From Octopus bimaculoides (Eukaryota), in contig NC_068986.1 in the NCBI RefSeq assembly GCF_001194135.2, forward strand, positions 2,753,635-2,817,634: a DNA stretch of 64,000 nt. The letters run 5' to 3'. Below are positions 12,847-25,243 of the stretch, one piece after another. The notes below the pieces were generated by a model. That model worked only from the letters and a program-made list of their open reading frames with translations, ran no database searches and was not told the origin of the DNA. Both the position numbers and the translations under genes were made by a program. Every line of letters begins with the position of its first letter. Position 1 is the first letter of the stretch.

Positions 12847-13442
12847 CTTTAAAGTAAAACAAAGATAATATGTAGAGATACAGGGTTGGCACCAGAAAGG
12901 GGGTTAGGTCATAAAACACTACTACAAAAAGATAATCCTCTCCAACCTATGCCAGCATGATAGCATGGACGTAAAGAAGTGATGATGATGATGATGATGA
13001 TGATTACATACATGCCTACATACATCGCTGCCATTGTCATCATCATCATCTTAATGTCTGCTTTTCCATGTGGTTAGGTTGCTGCACTCACAATCACTAG
13101 ATTGTGGGTTCAATTCTCTGACTGGGCAGCATGTTGTCTTCTTGAGCAACACACTTCATTTCATGTTGCTTCAGTCCCACTTTCGACCAGCGAGGAATGT
13201 TAGTCTGCTTGCCTAACCAGCAGGGTGGCATCATTTGAAGGCTAAAACAATGCGAAGGTGCATTGTGACTAGTGATGTATAACAATATCTGATAGCCTGG
13301 TCAGTCACATGATCACATGATATATATATATGTATATAATTGTGTGTGCGTGCATGTGTATGTGTGTGTATACATATAATATGTATAGGTATATATATAT
13401 ATATATACGCACTTCAAAACCATATATATTTGAGATATTTAC

Positions 13443-13650
13443 CTTACAAGTCATGAATTTGAAGTCTGATTTTGTTGTGGAGGCTTCTGTAACTTCAGCA
13501 AGAAGTTCTTGTGCATGTGGACCAATCAGAGTGATTGCAGAATACATGGATGTCACATCTCGAATTTGGATAGAGCCATCTTTTGGGAGGTGCCGTAATA
13601 ACCATGCCAAACTTTTCGTTTGCTGAGTAGTTGGGGAGATCAGGAAGTAA
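13443..13650 (-). CDS. PDPR: PDPR exon 14 (YFLISPT...LIGP...FMTCK)
   Basis: tcttcag| acceptor, AAG|gtaaat donor, 208 nt. Confidence 0.92.
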
Positions 13651-14462
13651 CTGAAGAGAAATCAGAGAAACAAAATTAGTTAAATGAAAATAATAATAAT
13701 AATCCTTTCTACTATAGGCACAAGGCCTGAAATTTGTGGGACGGGGGGATAGTTGATTACATCGACTCCAGTGTTCAACTGGTACTTATTTCATTGACCC
13801 AAAAGGATGAAAGGCAAAGTTGATATCAGCGGAATTTGAACTTAGAACGTAAAAATAGATGAAATGCCACTAAGCATTTTGTCCGGCGTGCTAACAATTC
13901 TGCCAGCTCACCAACTAAACCATAATTGTTGTTGTTAGGCATTTTTTCTAGCTAAACATTCTGAGTTCAAATTCTGCTGAAGCTAACTTTGCCTTTCATC
14001 CTTTCGGAGTCAATAAAAAAAGTAGCAGTGATGCTGTTGTATTCCACACCACTTTTATTTTGTTGTGTCTGATGCTCTTTGCATATTTCACATGTGTGTT
14101 GTGTATCTGTTGAGTCATCATGTTGCGGTGGTTGTGTACAAAACAGCATCATTAGTATGGTGTTCTATTGTCAATATGATACACTATGTCCGAGTAATGA
14201 AAGACCGAATGGTCAAGGTCATGATGGAATGCCTTTGGTCACAGGCCAGCCTGAACACAACTGACCTGGTGGTGGTGGTGGTGGAGAAGAAGAAGAAAAA
14301 AGAACTGAGAGAAGAATTGGTAGCAGGAGGAGGAGAGGAAGAATTGGAGGGGGAGAAGAAGAAATAATAGTAGTAGTAGTAGTTTACAGAAAATCTTTGA
14401 TAATGATGGTAGCACAATCTTTAGATTTTCAGTTGTCATAAAAATTAAATAATAATTCTTAC

Positions 14463-14611
14463 TAATTTTCACTCAACCGTGCCACACTGCAGTCATTCTC
14501 GTAGCCTCCAAACTCATTTTGCATGCCTGTATTTACAACAGCACCAACATCCAGATCAACATCATTTGAACACAGATACTGTAAAAAGTTAGCAGCTTCT
14601 TGGTTGGCAGA
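14463..14611 (-). CDS. PDPR: PDPR exon 13 (...CSNDVD...GGYENDCSV...)
   Basis: ctttcag| acceptor, TA|gtaaga donor, 149 nt. Confidence 0.92.
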
Positions 14612-14973
14612 CTGAAAGAGAAAAAAGATGTGTAAAGAAATAATGGCTCAGGATATAAAAAAGCAAATGTTACAAGATCAATATTTAAATGTTCAGGTAA
14701 TTAATTGAAGAATGAAGCAGTGAGATCAGCACTATTTAATTAAACAGTGAATTAGACTTTCTTGTTTTATTTAAAGTTTTTCCTGCTCAGATTAAGACTT
14801 TCCATTAAAAGTTTATGTGACCACCTCTCATTAAGTTATATCACAAAAACCTGTTTAATGCTATTTTATTGAATCCCTCTAAATTCTTGATTTATTTAAA
14901 AATTAATTGAAATGCATGATGTGTTTCATTAGAAACAAGGGTCACAAAATGGTTAATATAATATAGAATTTAC

Positions 14974-15113
14974 CTTTACTTCAATTTTAGAGAATGAAGA
15001 CATGTCTATGATGCAAACCCTCTCTTTACAAGCCCAATACTCATCTTTGACAATATTAAACCAATCTGGTTTACTGAATGTTCCCTGTGACATTCGTTGC
15101 TCAACAAACTCAT
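14974..15113 (-). CDS. PDPR: PDPR exon 12 (...TFSKPDWF...IIDMSSFSKIEVK)
   Basis: ttcaag| acceptor, AAG|gtaaat donor, 140 nt. Confidence 0.9.
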
Positions 15114-15205
15114 CTTGAAAGGAAGAAATTTGAAAAAAAAAAAGAAAAAGAAAATGGAAGAGAAAGATCAATCATAAGACAGAAAGAAAGACCAATCATA
15201 TGGTG

Positions 15206-15237
<32 letters not shown>

Positions 15238-15785
15238 AGGATCATTAGCAAGGGAGAAAGATAAAGAAAGAGATCATTCATAAAGTAGAGAGAAAAACCA
15301 ATCACAGAGAAGAGGGGAGAACTCAATCATAAAGTAAAAAGAATGATCAACCACAAGGTAAAGGGAAAGATATCTATCATAAGTTAGAGGAAAGACCAAG
15401 GCAAGGACATCTTAATCTAAGACATGCTCATTGTTTCTACATTGCCAGTTGTTACACTCACACGACTAGAGTAGAAAAGAATATGAAATCTAACTTGCCA
15501 TTTGCTATACATTGATGCACGCTACGTAAAGCACTGCATGCACTTCTTCCACCCTTACCTAGCTAGTTGTTATTGTTTAACAACTCTTGTCATCTGGACT
15601 AAGGATCAAAGGCACTCCAACTATGACAATCCCATCATTTTGTATAATACAAGCAATCAAATCAGGGAGTGTCCTAAATAGTTTGCAACTTTAATCACAT
15701 ATATATTGTAACAAACTAATTAAATCTAAATTTAACTTAATCATTGCAGAAAATGGGAAGAGCAGGTAGAATTTGAAACACTCAC

Positions 15786-15941
15786 CATCAGCATTAGGAA
15801 CAAACCACATTGGTGTTTCATAGGCATTAGTTTCTCCAAAGACAGCTCCTGCTACTTCAAGCCTGGTATGTAATGGAGATGTCCTTAGTTTACGAGAAGA
15901 CCCATACTCTTCAGTTGAGTAACCAATAGCATAAAGATGTC
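15786..15941 (-). CDS. PDPR: PDPR exon 11 (...RKLRTSPLH...ETPMWF...)
   Basis: ttaaag| acceptor, G|gtgagt donor, 156 nt. Confidence 0.9.
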
Positions 15942-17593
15942 CTTTAAAAAAAATGGTAAATATTTTATCAGTAAATTACAGTTTTTATAGAATCATAAGC
16001 AAGGCAAAATAACAGGTATTCTTTTATTGGTTTCAGTTGTTTGGATTGTTGCTATGCTGGAGCAGAATCCTTTAGAGCAGTGGCTCGGCATCCCTTTTAC
16101 TACATGGCATTTACAAACAATCCCTCTCCATGTTTTGACCTTCCACTAAAGATGGCTTTATTTTCTTATACTATCTCATGCAGCATGTGTCTATTTTCAG
16201 ATATTTCTCTGAACTAGTACTGCTTAACAATTAAGGCAGTGAGCTGGCAGAATTGTTAGCATGCCAAGTGAAATGCTTCCTGGTATCTGCCGCTACATTC
16301 TGAGCCCAAATTCTGTGAAGGTCGACTTTGCCTTAGATCCTTTTAAGGTCAATAAATTAAGTACAAGTGAAACACTGGGGTCGATGTAGCCCCACCAAAT
16401 TTCAGGCCTTGCACCTATAGAANNNNNNNNNNNNNNNNNNNNNNNNNNNNNNNNNNNNNNNNNNNNNNNNNNNNNNNNNNNNNNNNNNNNNNNNNNNNNN
16501 NNNNNNNNNNNNNNNNNNNNNNNNNNNNNNNNNNNNNNNNNNNNNNNNNNNNNNNNNNNNNNNNNNNNNNNNNNNNNNNNNNNNNNNNNNNNNNNNNNNN
16601 NNNNNNNNNNNNNNNNNNNNNNNNNNNNNNNNNNNNNNNNNNNNNNNNNNNNNNNNNNNNNNNNNNNNNNNNNNNNNNNNNNNNNNNNNNNNNNNNNNNN
16701 NNNNNNNNNNNNNNNNNNNNNNNNNNNNNNNNNNNNNNNNNNNNNNNNNNNNNNNNNNNNNNNNNNNNNNNNNNNNNNNNNNNNNNNNNNNNNNNNNNNN
16801 NNNNNNNNNNNNNNNNNNNNNNNNNNNNNNNNNNNNNNNNNNNNNNNNNNNNNNNNNNNNNNNNNNNNNNNNNNNNNNNNNNNNNNNNNNNNNNNNNNNN
16901 NNNNNNNNNNNNNNNNNNNNNNNNNNNNNNNNNNNNNNNNNNNNNNNNNNNNNNNNNNNNNNNNNNNNNNNNNNNNNNNNNNNNNNNNNNNNNNNNNNNN
17001 NNNNNNNNNNNNNNNNNNNNNNNNNNNNNNNNNNNNNNNNNNNNNNNNNNNNNNNNNNNNNNNNNNNNNNNNNNNNNNNNNNNNNNNNNNNNNNNNNNNN
17101 NNNNNNNNNNNNNNNNNNNNNNNNNNNNNNNNNNNNNNNNNNNNNNNNNNNNNNNNNNNNNNNNNNNNNNNNNNNNNNNNNNNNNNNNNNNNNNNNNNNN
17201 NNNNNNNNNNNNNNNNNNNTTTATGTTCTGAGTTCAAATTCCACTGAGGTTGACTTTGCCTTTCATCTATTCGGAGTCAATAAAATAGGTATCAGATGAA
17301 TACTGGGGTCGATGTAATTGACTTACCCACCCACCTCGTTTTGAAACTGCTGGCCTTGTGCCAAAATTTGAAGTCATTGAAGGTGGTAAGCTGGCAGAAT
17401 CATTAGCATGCCGGGCAACGTGCTTAGTGGTATTTTGCCCATTGCTACATTCTGAGTTCAAATTCTGCTGAGGTTAACTTTGCCTTTCACCCTTTTGGGG
17501 TTGATAAATTAAGTATCAGTGAAACACTGGAGTTGATGTAATTGACTAGTCCCCCACCACAAAATATCAGGCCTTGTGCCTATAGTAGAGAGA

Positions 17594-17625
<32 letters not shown>

Positions 17626-17648
17626 CATTATAATAATAGACTACTAAC

Positions 17649-17841
17649 CGACTGCTTCTTTTACTCTGTCCCGCAGGAACCTTCTGTTATTGTGTAAGTC
17701 AACAAATCGGCTCACATCAACAGACCATAGATTCTTACTGGTGGTACCATCTACAATCCAGTCAGCAACCTCCTTACCAACACCTCCTGAGCCAGCAATT
17801 CCGGAAGAATTCATGCCAGCAGCTACAAAATAATTATCCAC
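17649..17841 (-). CDS. PDPR: PDPR exon 10 (VDNYFVAAGMNSSGIAGSGGVG...)
   Basis: tttcag| acceptor, G|gttagt donor, 193 nt. Confidence 0.92.
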
Positions 17842-18367
17842 CTGAAATGATAAAGTCACAAACACTTTTAGTTCATAGAATATGTTCATCATCATCATCA
17901 TCATGAGCATCATCATTTAACGTCCTCCTTCCATGCTGGCATGGGTTGGATGGTTTGACAGGAGCTGGCAGGCCAGGAGACTCTGCCTTACTCTACTGTC
18001 TGTTTTACTATGCTCTCTGTAGCTGAATGTCCTTCCTTCCTAACACCCAACCACTTTACAAAGTGTACAGGTTGCTTTTTACATGGCACCAGCAGCAGTG
18101 AGGTCGCCAGCTAACTTGCAAAAACAAGATCCCCTTCACTGAGGATGGAGTAGCAGTAGCTGTGGGGTTAAGAATTTTGCTTACCAACCACATGGTTTCA
18201 GGTTCAATTCTGCTGCATGGCAACATGACTGTTGTAAACGAGCATCAGTATCATACAAATGATGGTGTTTGCTTCCAGTCTGTCATGAAAGACATGTCTG
18301 TCTCATAGGAAACATTACTACACACACACACACACACACACGCAACACACAAGTGTGAATAGCTCAC

Positions 18368-18492
18368 CTCAGGAGATTCTCCTACAATATACGTTCCATC
18401 AGGTGTGAATGATTCTGGACCATTTAAAAGTTGTCGGACCTGAGCTTCTCCAACACCAGGAAATCGGTGGAGAATTGGCTCCAAAAGAACTT
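18368..18492 (-). CDS. PDPR: PDPR exon 9 (...NGPESFTPDG...GESPE)
   Basis: tttcag| acceptor, GAG|gtgagc donor, 125 nt. Confidence 0.92.
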
Positions 18493-18652
18493 CTGAAATG
18501 TTAGAAAAAAACAAAAAATTGCAATATATGAATATTTTCATTTAAAAAATGGAATAATTATTATTATTATTATTATTATTATTACAATTACACCATCAAT
18601 TTATGTGAGAATTAAAAAAAAAGTAAAAAAAAAAAAAAGGAAGTAATCTTAC

Positions 18653-18805
18653 GGAAATGATCCCAGTCTTCAGGAAGAAGTTGGTATTCAAAATTTTCAG
18701 GAACACCATGATGAAAGACTGGTTTGGCTTGAGGTTCAAATCCTCCAGCCAGAACTCCTCCACTCCATTCACGAATGTATACTTGGCCATCATAATCTCT
18801 TACAA
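18653..18805 (-). CDS. PDPR: PDPR exon 8 (VRDYDG...GGFEP...EDWDHF)
   Basis: ttgtag| acceptor, C|gtaaga donor, 153 nt. Confidence 0.92.
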
Positions 18806-19461
18806 CTACAAAGAATTTGAAAGAAAATTAGAAATAAAGGAAGGTTGAAATGGTGCTAAACATAGCTACCAAAGACTGGAAATGTTAAGATCTTTATAAT
18901 GTGTAGAAAAACGAAATATTAAATATGTTTATTCTGAACACCGTTATTCTTTGGTTTAAAATTCTAACTTCCAAACCTGCCTTAATTTAACTTAATCTAG
19001 AAAGGATCATCTGCTCTATGATGGCTGACTATCAGGGCTACACCAGGTGTAAAAAGAAAGGTGTTATATAATAAAACCTTAAGGATTACAATTTACTTTT
19101 ATGATTTGAAAGTAATTTACTCATTCAGATATATGTTATCGAAATATTGTGTGTGTTTATTCTGAAACAGCAATATTGTTAATAGTGACTTCGAATTTTC
19201 ATTGTCAGACTGTATTCTGATGGGGTTTAACAGGCTGAAATTTCAAAATCACTGCCGTATGTGTGTGTGTGTGTATTATACATTGAGCTTCTACACATTT
19301 TGGCAGTGTCTTCTGCTGCAGCCCTGGGCCAATCAAAGCCTTGTGAGTATAGATGGAAGCTGAAAGAAGCCTGTGGTACATATATAAAAATGTAATTATA
19401 GAAATATTCTGTCTGAACAGTTTCAGAATATCCAGCACAGTTACAAGTGATTGGTACATAC

Positions 19462-19576
19462 CTGGCATCATAGGATCAATATTACCAAATGGTTTAGTAA
19501 CAATGTAGAAATGTTCACAAGCATGTACAGGTACACGTACACGGGGAATGGTCCTTTTACCAATTTCTCGGGACCA
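19462..19576 (-). CDS. PDPR: PDPR exon 7 (WSREIG...HACEHFY...)
   Basis: ttccag| acceptor, G|gtatgt donor, 115 nt. Confidence 0.92.
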
Positions 19577-20992
19577 CTGGAAAATAATACATGTAAAAAT
19601 TAAAATTTGTTTCTCCAGCAAAGATTCTTGTGCTCTGTTTTTTTTGTATGCAGTTCATTATTATTATTATTATTATTATTGAGTGAGAGAGCAGTGCATG
19701 CCATCAAAGTGACAATGGGGTAAAATATACGAAGCCCATTATACCCATCATGACTACTCGTCTGGTAAGGGTACACCAGGCACATGCATCACACCCATAT
19801 GTGCGCGACATGGTGATCTCATATCAAGATAAACAGTGCATGACCTCGCAGGTGGGGCCCAGTTAGAATTTTCTTCAGGTCGAGTAGCCCATCCCGCTCA
19901 AAAGGTCTCTGAATAAGGTTTGTTTAAGGATGTTGAGCAAAACACCCATGTTTCCAAAGGTGAATTATTCAAACCCCAAAGAATTCCTCTCAACNNNNNN
20001 NNNNNNNNNNNNNNNNNNNNNNNNNNNNNNNNNNNNNNNNNNNNNNNNNNNNNNNNNNNNNNNNNNNNNNNNNNNNNNNNNNNNNNNNNNNNNNNNNNNN
20101 NNNNNNNNNNNNNNNNNNNNNNNNNNNNNNNNNNNNNNNNNNNNNNNNNNNNNNNNNNNNNNNNNNNNNNNNNNNNNNNNNNNNNNNNNNNNNNNNNNNN
20201 NNNNNNNNNNNNNNNNNNNNNNNNNNNNNNNNNNNNNNNNNNNNNNNNNNNNNNNNNNNNNNNNNNNNNNNNNNNNNNNNNNNNNNNNNNNNNNNNNNNN
20301 NNNNNNNNNNNNNNNNNNNNNNNNNNNNNNNNNNNNNNNNNNNNNNNNNNNNNNNNNNNNNNNNNNNNNNNNNNNNNNNNNNNNNNNNNNNNNNNNNNNN
20401 NNNNNNNNNNNNNNNNNNNNNNNNNNNNNNNNNNNNNNNNNNNNNNNNNNNNNNNNNNNNNNNNNNNNNNNNNNNNNNNNNNNNNNNNNNNNNNNNNNNN
20501 NNNNNNNNNNNNNNNNNNNNNNNNNNNNNNNNNNNNNNNNNNNNNNNNNNNNNNNNNNNNNNNNNNNNNNNNNNNNNNNNNNNNNNNNNNNNNNNNNNNN
20601 NNNNNNNNNNNNNNNNNNNNNNNNNNNNNNNNNNNNNNNNNNNNNNNNNNNNNNNNNNNNNNNNNNNNNNNNNNNNNNNNNNNNNNNNNNNNNNNNNNNN
20701 NNNNNNNNNNNNNNNNNNNNNNNNNNNNNNNNNNNNNNNNNNNNNNNNNNNNNNNNNNNNNNNNNNNNNNNNNNNNNNNNNNNNNNNNNNNNNNNNNNNN
20801 NNNNNNNNNNNNNNNNNNNNNNNNNNNNNNNNNNNNNNNNNNNNNNNNNNNNNNNNNNNNNNNNNNNNNNNNNNNNNNNNNNNNNNNNNNNNNNNNNNNN
20901 AAAAAAAAACCAAACAAAAGAACAAAACAAAATGGTTTGTCACATTAATGGAAATGTGCAAGAATACTTAAACTTAATTCGTCTTAACTCAC

Positions 20993-21114
20993 CATTCCTG
21001 CACAATTGACGAAATATTCACACCGGATTTTGCCATGGCTTGTTAACACAGTTGATACTTTGAGGTTTTCTGTTGGGATTTGGAAAACCTGGATGCCTTC
21101 AAAAATTTTAACAC
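20993..21114 (-). CDS. PDPR: PDPR exon 6 (VKIFEG...CEYFVNCAGM)
   Basis: ccatag| acceptor, ATG|gtgagt donor, 122 nt. Confidence 0.92.
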
Positions 21115-22534
21115 CTATGGAGGCAAATAATAAGATTTAAATTACATTTTGAAACAAAAACAACATATTTTAAATTCGAGAATTTTGTTATTAGATCTTG
21201 GTAAAAATAACAAGGTGTCATCATCATCATTGTTTAACATCCGCTTTCCATGCTGGCATGGGTTGGATGGTTTGACTGGGGACTGGCAAGCCAGGAGGCT
21301 GAACCAGGCTCCAATCTGATCTAGCAATGTTTCTACAGCTGGATGCCCTTCCTAACACCAACTATTCCAAGAGTGTAGTGAGTGCTTTTTACGTGCCACC
21401 AGCATGGGAGCCAGTCAGGTGGCATGGCATCAGCCACGTTTGGATGGTGCTTTTTACGTGCCACTGGTACAGGAGCCAGTTGGGGCATGGTGGTGGGGGG
21501 GAAGGCTGGCATTGACCACGTTCAGATAGTACTTTTTATGTGCCACTAGAACGGGGAGCCAGTCAGACATCACTAGCAACAACCCTTGCATGATTAGTGC
21601 TTATTGCGTGCCACCAGCATAGGAGCCCAGTCAGGTGGCATTGGTATCGGACACAACTACAATTTCCATTTTTGATTTCGATTTGATTAAGATTCTGATT
21701 GTAATTTGATTTTACTTGACTCAATAGGTCTCCTCAAGCATAGTGTGTCACCCAACAATTCTCAGGTACTTTTTAAATGGGCTGGTTATTATATATAGTT
21801 ATAACATTCTGTAGAATCTAGGCACATCAACATGTAGGATGCCAGAAATGGCTAGGTACAATAACATAAAGTTCACAGTGAAGTAGAAGGATCCTGTAGG
21901 TATCATATGTTTGTGGGATACTGCAGATATGTAGGTACCAGAGGTACTAGATGTGGCATGGATATGTGTTTACACACACACACAGACACACACACATATT
22001 TATTCACATATATATATCCCAGTATTGATCCAATGATCAGATGCTGTTATACATTGCTGGTGACATTGTGCTACGCATTGTTTTAGCCTTTGAATGATGT
22101 CACACATGACAGGCTTCTTTCAGTTTTCATGTCTGGACTCCTCTATACAGAAAACATTTACAAATTTAAAGATGATTTCACTTATGTTTCTTTGTATCAA
22201 AATGAAAACTTTTAAACTTTTTCATAGATTTTTTTGTGTTTGCATGGGCTGGATGTGTTTTTCAAATTCCACACATAGCTATACAAGTAGTGGTGAATAA
22301 ACTGTCATCTAAATTATGCAAAAATGAAAATAACACTGACATCTCATTTTAACTGATATATTTACCAAAATTACATAAAAATATCTTGAAATACTACAGT
22401 GTAAATGTATTCAATAAAATCGCCATTGGCTTCAACCAAAGTACATGTTTGGGAAGCCAGCTTCTTAACCACACAGCCATGCTTGTGCATCTACAAAAGT
22501 ATAAAAGCAGAATAGAATTCTTGAAATGGCTCAC

Positions 22535-22616
22535 CTTTTTCTTTTGCTAGCTTAGCATAGACCATGAGAAGGTCAGTTGGATTAACAACACCATCACCAG
22601 GTACCCATAAAGCACC
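22535..22616 (-). CDS. PDPR: PDPR exon 5 (GALWVPGDGVVNP...)
   Basis: ctttcag| acceptor, G|gtgagc donor, 82 nt. Confidence 0.92.
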
Positions 22617-22689
22617 CTGAAAGAGAGAAAATTATCTTTCATATGTGTGTGGATGTGCGTGTATGTGTACATACATACATAAATACATT

Positions 22690-22960
22690 TATCATCATCA
22701 TCATCATCATCATCATCGTTTAACGTCCGCTTTCCATGCTAGCATGGGTTGGACAATTTGACTGAGGACTGGTGCAACCGGATGGCTACACCAGGCTCCA
22801 ATCTAATTTGGCAGAGTTTCTACAGCTGGATGCCCTTCCTAACGCCAACCACTCAGAGAGTGTAGTGGGTGCTTTTACGTGTCACCCGCACGAAACGGCC
22901 ACGCTCGAAATGGTGTCTTTTATGTGCCACCCGCACAAGCCGGTCCAGGGGCACTGGCAA
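22690..22960 (-). mobile_element. (GAT)n-tailed retroposon (RTE-type 3' end/SINE), young copy
   Basis: Near-identical to copies at 25280-25560 (-), 29288-29436 (+), 30540-30915 (+) and 34283-34421 (+). Older copies at about 540-760, 2270-2415, 2990-3325, 6480-6790, 17890-18130 and 21225-21650. Confidence 0.8.
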
Positions 22961-23936
22961 CGATCTCATATCCAACCCATGTCAGCATGGAAGGCAGACA
23001 TTAAATGATGATGATGGTGATCATCATTGTTTAATGTCTGCCTTCCATGCGAGCATGGGTGGGATGGTGATGATGATGATGATGTGTGTGTGTGTATCTT
23101 CAGAGAGAATGCAAGTGACAAACAGACAGAGAAGGTGGAAAATTTAGCTATAAAGTGAGAAAATAATTATTAGGGAAATTCATGAATACAGAAATGATTG
23201 GATGAAATTAGCAAAAGGACTAATGGAAACTAGTAGAGAAAATAACCGTTTAACAGCAATGAATGATACTTTAAGATGAGGCAGTTGTGATATATGATGA
23301 TCATTGTATATAAAGTACCATGATTTGTTAGAACAAAGTTATTTTAGGCCAAAATAGATCACTGGGTATCTTAGTCTTCTATCATAAATTTACCCACATC
23401 TAGGGTTTACTTATAGGAAGATTAAATTGCTCTTAGCATTTGACTATTACTTTAGCTTATCAATCCTGAAAGGATTAAAGATGGAGTCGACCTTGGCAAG
23501 CTTTGAATGCAGAGAATGTAAATAGTAACAGCTGAATGTTGCAAGGCAAATTGTCCCATGTTGTGACAATTGTTCTTATTTCCAAGAGTAGACATTAGGA
23601 TCCTAGCTTAGAAAACATGGTGACACGCATAGAAGAATCTAAGAGTGAAAGTGTACAAGGATACAGGTTTGCAAACTGTAAATCCTTCCAATCATCTCAA
23701 AATATGGATAAGTTGATGATGATCCTTATCCCGCTGATGCTAGCAACAATGAATATTTTAAAAATTGGTTAGCGTTAGGAAGGGCAGCCAGAAATAGAAA
23801 CCATATCAAGCTTAAAAAAAAAAAAAATTAAAAAAAAAACCAAAATAAAAAACATATGAGAAAGACATAATTTTCTGACCTATCTAAGAGGACAATAACT
23901 TTGAATAAGAACTAACTCAAAGAAACAATTAGTTAC

Positions 23937-24018
23937 CTCGAGATCTTCATGACGGATTTCTGGACATTTATCTTTAACCTCTTTAGCAGTAATAATGTGT
24001 GCTTCTGGACCATTTTGT
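23937..24018 (-). CDS. PDPR: PDPR exon 4 (QNGPEAHII...HEDLE)
   Basis: cccag| acceptor, GAG|gtaact donor, 82 nt. Confidence 0.88.
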
Positions 24019-25126
24019 CTGGGAGTAAATAACAAAAACATTTAGTATTGTCAAATAAATATCTTTCAGTCTTTCAGACAAATAAACAGATGCAAAAAAT
24101 ATAAGAAGAAAAAAAAAATTTTGTTTGATTATATTGTTTATACAGGCACAGTAACCTAGGGTCGTTTTGAAGTGGTTTATATGATTGGAAATATAATTTC
24201 AAAGTGTTCATAGCAAAGATCTGATCAAAGACTTTGCAATTTAAAAATCAGGAGAAAACCTTTCAAATAAAAATAAAGTGGAAATATACAAAAATAAACA
24301 TTATTTTCCATCTTACTGTTAGTTTTTTTCTCATTAAAAAAAAAAAAAAACTTATTTTATGGCTATTATTGTTTATATATTGACTTCCATATATATGGTA
24401 GAACCAAAATCTTTGAAGTACTTAGGGGCTTTATGGGTCTTAATCCAGCCCTGCTACCACCCACTCTATTGGTCACATTGCTGTGTACTGATGGTGATAT
24501 TGTAGAGTAGTGACAGAATGTTTTGCATTGCAAAGTACAAGGTAACCTCACAGGTGCTGGTGCCACAATAAAATGCATCCAGTATACACTGTAAAGTGAT
24601 TGGTAAATAAGTGGAGACAACATAGAGTCAAGAGAACTCTTAGACTTGATAAAGGCATGACAATTTCTCTAGTGCTAATGCCATGATAAAATACATTCAC
24701 TACACTCTGTAAAGTGATTGGAGTTAGGAAGGGCATCCAGCCATAGAAATCCTGCCAAATTTAAAATGTATGAGAGAGATGTGGTTCCTCAGTCCATCTA
24801 AGAGGATAATAGCTCTGAATAAAAACAAGCACAAACTGAGATAATTCAATTCAGTCCAAACCAGTTTGGAATAAGAATGTAAATAGATAGTTTAATTGGC
24901 CAATAATTAAATTATTCAAATTGCTGTGCAATGACCAAAACAGTGCATAAATTAGATAATTTATCATTATATTTACTACTTAATAGTTATTACAACTAGA
25001 ACCAGTTTATAAGAATGATAACATACAATTGAGAGGAGGGAGTTAACATCGACAAGAAAGGCCACTATAAAAAAGGGATAAATGTACAATTTGGCAAAGC
25101 AAAAAAGAATATACTTTAATATTTAC

Positions 25127-25208
25127 TTGGCTCTGGCCTCTGCTCGTTGGAAGTAGATGAGTCTGTCTTTCGAGCGAGCTAGTTGCAAGCTCCCACACTG
25201 CTTCCAAC
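25127..25208 (-). CDS. PDPR: PDPR exon 3 (WKQCGSLQLARSKDRL...)
   Basis: tttcag| acceptor, AA|gtaaat donor, 82 nt; missed by the ORF track. Confidence 0.9.
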
Positions 25209-25212
25209 CTGA

Positions 25213-25243
<31 letters not shown>

